Positions 15,688 to 20,000 of a DNA stretch of 20,000 nt are shown here, in pieces (the first letter of the stretch is position 1; the number at the start of each line of letters is the position of its first letter). The notes beneath the pieces are model-generated. The model ran no database searches, had not been told where the DNA came from, and was given only the letters and a program-made list of their open reading frames with translations. Position numbers and translations under genes: made by a program. Origin of the DNA: an uncultured virus (IMG/VR IMGVR_UViG_3300046786_000613) (taxonomy: Duplodnaviria; Heunggongvirae; Uroviricota; Caudoviricetes). The stretch lies in IMG/VR virus record IMGVR_UViG_3300046786_000613, one strand, 5' to 3'.

Positions 15688-15901
15688 GTTCCTCTAAATT
15701 TTCAATGATTGACTCATACAGAGAGAAAAAAGGAATAATGTATATCACTATTGCTACTTTCATCATAAGTAAAAATATGAAGTCACAATTCTCTTCAATC
15801 TGTGTTAATGCAGTTGCGTTCCATCCAAAATAGGTGTTATAAATAACCCAAAACATTAAGTTAAGTTGAATAATTGCTTTGGCAAGTTTTATCTTTTTCA
15901 T
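15677..15901 (-). CDS. small membrane protein with two predicted TM helices
   Basis: Hydrophobic stretches AIIQLNLMFWVIYNTYFGW and FIFLLMMKVAIVIYIIPFF; ATGA overlap with the upstream gene. Confidence 0.65.
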   Translation of the reverse strand: MKKIKLAKAIIQLNLMFWVIYNTYFGWNATALTQIEENCDFIFLLMMKVAIVIYIIPFFSLYESIIENLEERAI

Positions 15902-16467
15902 TTCTCTTCGTTTTTAAAGTAAGGGTTCTGTTTGTTGTTTGTAGTCAAAACTTGATACATTACGGAATCCACAACTTTATTGTAAAAATCCATCTCTTGC
16001 GCATCAAATTTGTATTTGCCATATCCTGCACCTTTAAGCATAAAGTCTTTAAGATTATCTACGCATTTCTTGTCGGTTATAAATTCAGACAAGAAGTCAA
16101 GCATTTCTTGATAGTATTCAGTTACGAATTTTTCTCCTTCATCTTTTCCACTACCATCGCACCAATGACAATCTTCAATTTCTTGTTCTTCATCCTCATT
16201 ATAACTCTCTTCATATCCCCATCCACCACATTGATGACACTCCTCCATTCTCACATCTACTGCATTGCAGTTTCCGTTGTTACAGAAATCGTAAAACAAA
16301 CGACTTATGCTACGAATCATTTCTCCGTGAATAGTCGGTGCATATCCCGAAGCAGGAACTAATTTATCATATAGCATATCGTATGTATTTTGATACGCTC
16401 CATCGTTACCCCAATATGACTTGCCAAGAGGAGTTACTAATTTTTGTGTTTTCGTTTTCGTTTCCAT
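15898..16467 (-). CDS. phage hypothetical protein with an inserted DnaJ-type CxxCxGxG zinc ribbon
   Basis: YW...G.YQ...LVPASG...GEMIR...RLFYD..NNG core plus CHQCGGWG and CHWCDGSG repeats. Confidence 0.8.
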   Translation of the reverse strand: METKTKTQKLVTPLGKSYWGNDGAYQNTYDMLYDKLVPASGYAPTIHGEMIRSISRLFYDFCNNGNCNAVDVRMEECHQCGGWGYEESYNEDEEQEIEDCHWCDGSGKDEGEKFVTEYYQEMLDFLSEFITDKKCVDNLKDFMLKGAGYGKYKFDAQEMDFYNKVVDSVMYQVLTTNNKQNPYFKNEEK

Positions 16468-16478
16468 AGATATTGATA

Positions 16479-16664
16479 TTATTTTATTGTAACTACTTTC
16501 ACATTAACGAGATTTGCTTTTGATTTGCAATCAACATTAATCGCTTGTAAATACGCAAGGTATAGGTCAAGATTAAAGTTGCCTCCCTTGTCTTGTTTAA
16601 CTGATTTTCCCTTCCAAAATGACATACAATCCATAAGGTTAGGTCTTGGTTTTTGGTTTTCCAT
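16479..16664 (-). CDS. small hypothetical protein, first gene of the leftward accessory operon
   Basis: 61-aa ORF directly downstream of a promoter-like element and co-oriented with the operon. Confidence 0.6.
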   Translation of the reverse strand: MENQKPRPNLMDCMSFWKGKSVKQDKGGNFNLDLYLAYLQAINVDCKSKANLVNVKVVTIK

Positions 16665-16680
16665 AGGTCTTAATTTTCTG

Positions 16681-16767
16681 TAAAGGTAAAAACATTTTCA
16701 ATTCAAACAAATTTTTTTTGTTTTTTTTGAAAAAAATTTTGTGATATGTGAAAATGTATTAAATTTG
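16681..16767. promoter_or_regulatory. divergent Bacteroidota-type promoter pair
   Basis: Leftward: TACCTTTA (16681-16688) with TTTG at 16708-16711, 19-nt spacer. Rightward: TTTG (16738-16741) and TAAATTTG (16760-16767), 18-nt spacer. T and A tracts lie between them. Confidence 0.6.
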
Positions 16768-16790
16768 TATCAAATAAAAACTTTTACATT

Positions 16791-17255
16791 ATGGAAACAA
16801 TGACTATTGAAACAAAGATTGAGATTACCAAAGAGGCTATCGAAAGTATGTTAGTAACGGCTTATGAAGGTGGTATTGACTATTGGTGCTATATCTCTTT
16901 ACAAGACAAAAGAAACGCATCTCTTTGGTTAAAAAAAGAAATCGAAGAGAAAAGATTGGAACGTGATAGTTCAATTCACTATGAATGGGTGGATGCAATG
17001 TTTCAAGGCTATCCGAATGCTATTCGTATATACGATGTTGAGGAGGCTTTTGAGGCTGAAACATACGAAGATTTTGATAATATAGAACCTATTGGTTACT
17101 TGTCTATGGAAAACATCAAAAAAGGTCTTCAGAAAGCATCAAAGGAATATCCAAATGTTTTTCAGCAATATTTTCCGCAATATATGAATGGTGATTCATC
17201 AGATGCAGATGTTATTTTTCAGTTGATTTGCTTGGATGATGTTGTTTATGGATAA
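16791..17255 (+). CDS. conserved phage hypothetical protein (A.EGGI.YWC ... DAD.I.Q....D.VYG family)
   Basis: Recognisable family signature; promoter upstream; A-rich start context. Confidence 0.8.
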   Translation: METMTIETKIEITKEAIESMLVTAYEGGIDYWCYISLQDKRNASLWLKKEIEEKRLERDSSIHYEWVDAMFQGYPNAIRIYDVEEAFEAETYEDFDNIEPIGYLSMENIKKGLQKASKEYPNVFQQYFPQYMNGDSSDADVIFQLICLDDVVYG

Positions 17256-17457
17256 TCAAAGAGAAGAAATTTGCTATGGAACTTTACTTGTTGCAGATGA
17301 ACAAGTCGTAAGAGGTAAAGGTGCAAACTTGAAAATAAAGCGAAAAGTTGAAAAAGCCGTGTTCTTGAAGAACGATACCGAATGGAAAGGCTTGAAAATT
17401 TTAGAGGTGGTGAGTTTTAAAGTCGTAGGACATACAAACTATCCTAAAAACAGATAA
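17248..17457 (+). CDS. small hypothetical protein
   Basis: MDNQREE... starts at ATG 17248, overlapping the previous stop, and ends just before the bidirectional terminator. Confidence 0.65.
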   Translation: MDNQREEICYGTLLVADEQVVRGKGANLKIKRKVEKAVFLKNDTEWKGLKILEVVSFKVVGHTNYPKNR

Positions 17458-17470
17458 AGTCGCTGAAAAC

Positions 17471-17504
17471 AAAAAAAAGAGGGGTTATTTACCCCTCTTC
17501 TTGT
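17471..17504. terminator. bidirectional Rho-independent terminator between convergent genes
   Basis: AAGAGGGGT-TATTT-ACCCCTCTT stem (17477-17499), with an A run on the left and a T-rich tract on the right. Confidence 0.8.
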
Positions 17505-19352
17505 TTATTGAAATGCTTGAAGTTTTTCTTTAGCACAATCTTTCCAACTTTTATAATCACGAAAATTTCGGATGTCGCAATTATTTCTAATATACAATTC
17601 CAATTCATTTTTTGGTGCAAAACCAAATTCATAACCACTTTTTATGTTGTCAAAGTGATTATTTATTATTCTGTTTGTTTCTTTTTTCAATCGTTTGATG
17701 TCTTCATATCTTTCAGTTGCTTTTGATGGATTTTTCATTTGATACTTTTTGTATTCATTATTGAAATAACCTGTAATCAAATTATCCAATTCAAGAGCCT
17801 CAACTAAATTCAATTGATATTTACTACTTGATTTTAATTTCTCTTTCAAATCATCAATAACAGAATGTTGATACGCATATTCTTTTACATCAAAAACCCA
17901 AGACGTTTGCCAAGTAAAACGGGTATTTGTACGCATTTCATCTTCTTTGGCTAATTCTTTTGCTTCTTTAGCACGTTTTTCACGTTGCTCCAATAATAAA
18001 TCACCATATTTTCCTTCAAGTGCCTGTTGAACATCTAATGCTTGTTGCTCATAAAGTTGAGTAAGTGGGATGTGACCACCTGCACACGCTCTTAAAACTC
18101 GAATCAATGAATCTACAAATTCTGTAAAGTGATTGGTAATTGGTAAGGCAACTACTTTTTCTTTTTGACCTTCTATTTTTAACTGCTTTGCATAAATTGC
18201 TTTTTCTGCATCAGTCATTTCTTCGGTATTGATATGGCTATCAACTAAACTATCAATTTTTTTTGCTTTTTTAGTTTCGTATTTGTCTATGTTAGCAAGA
18301 AGTTGAGTCTGAAAGTCAAGGCAATGAGAAAACTCGTGAATAAGAGTATTAAAATGAAATGAAGTTTCTGTGTATTCGGGAATCAGTAAACCTGTTTTCT
18401 TTTCTTGATATAAAGTACCCCATCCATCTTGATTATTATCAAAATTTCCAACCATACCAATTTCTTGATAATACCATCTACCATCGTATTCAAAATTAAC
18501 AGGTCTTTGAATTTTTGCTTCAGCACCTTCCCTGTCGGCAGTTGCAATCCACATAGCATAACTACGACCATCTTTTGCTCTCGGTGTATGTACTAACCAA
18601 ATTGGAACAGGCATAGTGTATTCAAAATACTCTTGCGCTTGTTTCAACCAATTCTCACACGCTTTGAATGAGATATTGATACGACCCAAGTAATTGTAAA
18701 ATAACCACATTGAGTAATCTTTTTCAAAAATTGCTTTTGATACCAATTGATATTCTCCTGTCAATAGAAAAGAAACCCCTGCTTCCTCGTTTATTTTGCG
18801 CATATACTCATATCCACTAAAGTCATAAGTGTTTATTTGTTTTCCCTTTGGAAACTCGCTTAAATCGCTTCTTTCGAGGTCAACTCCAAATTTGCGCAAA
18901 ACCTTTTCAAAACTTTCTTTGAGTTTAGGGTTTGGATTAGTTCCGTTTATGTAATTACGCATTGCTTCAATTTCGTATTGCGTAATTTTACCGCCTTCAC
19001 CGAACTTTCTGCGCATACCGCCTTTGGCATACCAATTTTCTCCTGTTTGCGTATTCAACGCCATACCTCCTTTTTTCATTTGAAGTTCTTTAGAATCAAT
19101 CCTTGCAGTTTTACCTCCCATAACGGCACTATACACCCGTGCCATTGCCCATTGCTCTTTGGACTTAACATTTGGTCTTACGCTCGTTGGATTTGTTTTG
19201 TAAGCACCAATTCCCTTGTTGTAGATTTGTTGCAAACCTTTCATTGACACACCCGTGTCTTTTGATATTTCTTCCAAAGTATGTGTTTGGTTTTTCTTAT
19301 ACCCATACTTTGTGTTATACTTGTCTTTGTATGTTACATAACCTTTTTTCAT
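17505..19352 (-). CDS. DUF5824-like N-terminal domain fused via three GG motifs to a zincin-like (HExxH) metallopeptidase domain
   Basis: LQQIYNKGIGAYKTNPTSVRP...QWAMARVYSAVMGGK resembles DUF5824; then MKKGG/YAKGG/FGEGG; TLIHEFSHCLD (HEFSH at 18324-18338) with a later NHFTEF as a possible third Zn ligand. Confidence 0.75.
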   Translation of the reverse strand: MKKGYVTYKDKYNTKYGYKKNQTHTLEEISKDTGVSMKGLQQIYNKGIGAYKTNPTSVRPNVKSKEQWAMARVYSAVMGGKTARIDSKELQMKKGGMALNTQTGENWYAKGGMRRKFGEGGKITQYEIEAMRNYINGTNPNPKLKESFEKVLRKFGVDLERSDLSEFPKGKQINTYDFSGYEYMRKINEEAGVSFLLTGEYQLVSKAIFEKDYSMWLFYNYLGRINISFKACENWLKQAQEYFEYTMPVPIWLVHTPRAKDGRSYAMWIATADREGAEAKIQRPVNFEYDGRWYYQEIGMVGNFDNNQDGWGTLYQEKKTGLLIPEYTETSFHFNTLIHEFSHCLDFQTQLLANIDKYETKKAKKIDSLVDSHINTEEMTDAEKAIYAKQLKIEGQKEKVVALPITNHFTEFVDSLIRVLRACAGGHIPLTQLYEQQALDVQQALEGKYGDLLLEQREKRAKEAKELAKEDEMRTNTRFTWQTSWVFDVKEYAYQHSVIDDLKEKLKSSSKYQLNLVEALELDNLITGYFNNEYKKYQMKNPSKATERYEDIKRLKKETNRIINNHFDNIKSGYEFGFAPKNELELYIRNNCDIRNFRDYKSWKDCAKEKLQAFQ

Positions 19353-19361
19353 AGTAACCTT

Positions 19362-19850
19362 TTATTCACCAAATCCATTGCTTTTAAACTTGGATAGGTA
19401 TTCATTATTTTCCAAAGGTAAATATGCTATCGCAGTTTGTTTACCTGTTTCTGATTTTTTTAATTCTTTCATTTCTGAATATCGAATATTCATTGGACAA
19501 ACTATAGTTCCATCTTCTTTGGTTATTTGCAATACCAATAAATGACCATCTGATGTTTGAACTATATGAAAGAACTTTACCCTTAGTATTCTACTCACTT
19601 CACTTGCTACTTGTATCTTGTTGAAGTTTAACATTACAGATTTGTAATCCTCATACCAACTTAATGATTGTTTTCTTACTTTTACATCAAATATGCCTTT
19701 AATGACATTGTCCCTTGTGAATATACCATCTATACGAGAAAACACATCTCCCCCTATGTATGTGTATTCACACTTCCATATTTTACACAAAGCCTGTAGT
19801 GCTTGTATCTCCTTTTGTTGTGACACATCAACTTGTTTCTCTTCCTTCAT
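19362..19850 (-). CDS. PD-(D/E)XK-superfamily nuclease-like protein
   Basis: E...FSRIDGIF...IFDVKVR...K pattern. Likely start is ATG 19850 rather than TTG 19862. Confidence 0.65.
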   Translation of the reverse strand: MKEEKQVDVSQQKEIQALQALCKIWKCEYTYIGGDVFSRIDGIFTRDNVIKGIFDVKVRKQSLSWYEDYKSVMLNFNKIQVASEVSRILRVKFFHIVQTSDGHLLVLQITKEDGTIVCPMNIRYSEMKELKKSETGKQTAIAYLPLENNEYLSKFKSNGFGE

Positions 19851-19999
19851 AACGGATAGCAAATTTTTAAAATTTTCTTTTTTTTTGTTATGGTGTGTTC
19901 TCTTTTTTTTCTCTCTCTCTCTTCTTTGGTGTTTGTCTTCTTCTTCTTCTTCTTTTCTTTCTTTTTCTTTTTTCTTTCTTTCCTTTTCAGTTCAGAAAG
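19847..19999 (-). CDS. possible Lys-rich C-terminus of an upstream gene entering from the right edge
   Basis: One minus frame is open from the edge (LSELKRKERKKKKKEKKKKKKTNTKEERERKKREHTITKKKKILKICYPL*). Its TGA overlaps the next ATG (ATGA). Confidence 0.35.
   Translation of the reverse strand, partial: LSELKRKERKKKKKEKKKKKKTNTKEERERKKREHTITKKKKILKICYPL
19873..19990 (+). repeat. polypyrimidine/polypurine low-complexity tract with (CT)n, (TTC)n and T runs
   Basis: Directly visible: ctctctctctct, ttcttcttcttc, cttttctttctttttc. Confidence 0.9.
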
Positions 20000-20000
20000 A

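Larger units (their letters stand above)
1462..19079 (-). repeat. dispersed protein-level motif [FYMH]xxGGx[VIM], about 20 copies in five large CDS
   Basis: 15-nt copies with left coordinates 1462, 1678, 1786, 1960, 2788, 2974, 3127, 3349, 3913, 3940, 4030, 8457, 11848, 12100, 12385, 12577, 12763, 18990, 19017, 19065, plus a candidate at 8646. Confidence 0.85.

Noticed and set aside
459..18571. Same-strand out-of-frame ORFs 459-695, 9869-10117, 18383-18571 and 19172-19354 (+)
   Set aside because: Nested in or overlapping longer genes with recognisable motifs; no independent support.
42..19247. Plus-strand ORFs in the track that overlap long minus-strand genes (e.g. 42-257, 1314-1538, 4058-4426, 4514-4822, 8341-8691, 11830-12231, 15874-16362, 18978-19247)
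   Set aside because: Antisense shadows of well-supported genes, with F/S/L-rich composition typical of the reverse complement of K/E-rich coding DNA.
10885..19352. Eukaryotic giant virus origin of the window, suggested by the NCLDV-type DUFs
   Set aside because: Bacterial promoters, Rho-independent terminators, overlapping operonic genes, ArdA and an XRE regulator point to a bacteriophage.
1..20000. CRISPR array, tRNA or rRNA genes, IS elements, integrase
   Set aside because: No regularly spaced nucleotide repeats, cloverleafs or transposase/recombinase motifs seen; intergenic gaps are short and explained by promoters and terminators.
1..20000. Alternative genetic code (stop-codon reassignment)
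   Set aside because: Standard code 11 gives long, tightly packed ORFs; TAA, TAG and TGA all appear as plausible stops.

Overview
This AT-rich (roughly one-third GC by eye), densely coding window lies almost entirely on the minus strand and looks like part of a large bacteriophage (or prophage) of a Bacteroidota host. Support: TAnnTTTG (-7) promoter motifs upstream of several genes, A-rich start regions with no Shine-Dalgarno, and small genes typical of Bacteroidota phages. There are two kinds of region. (i) Large modular 'polyvalent-like' proteins (1.4-13.0 kb and 17.5-19.35 kb): an ArdA antirestriction fusion, a 684-aa charge-segregated protein, a 1924-aa DarB-like SNF2 helicase, a 622-aa protein ending in an apparently dead N6-methyltransferase fold, and a 615-aa HExxH metallopeptidase fusion. 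(ii) A block of small accessory genes (13.2-17.5 kb). The main unexplained signal is a short peptide, [FYMH]-x-x-G-G-x-[VIM], present about 20 times in the five large proteins, nearly always at boundaries between modules. This suggests a polyprotein processing, packaging or docking code for an anti-defence payload. All family assignments come from motif recognition by eye, not database searches.
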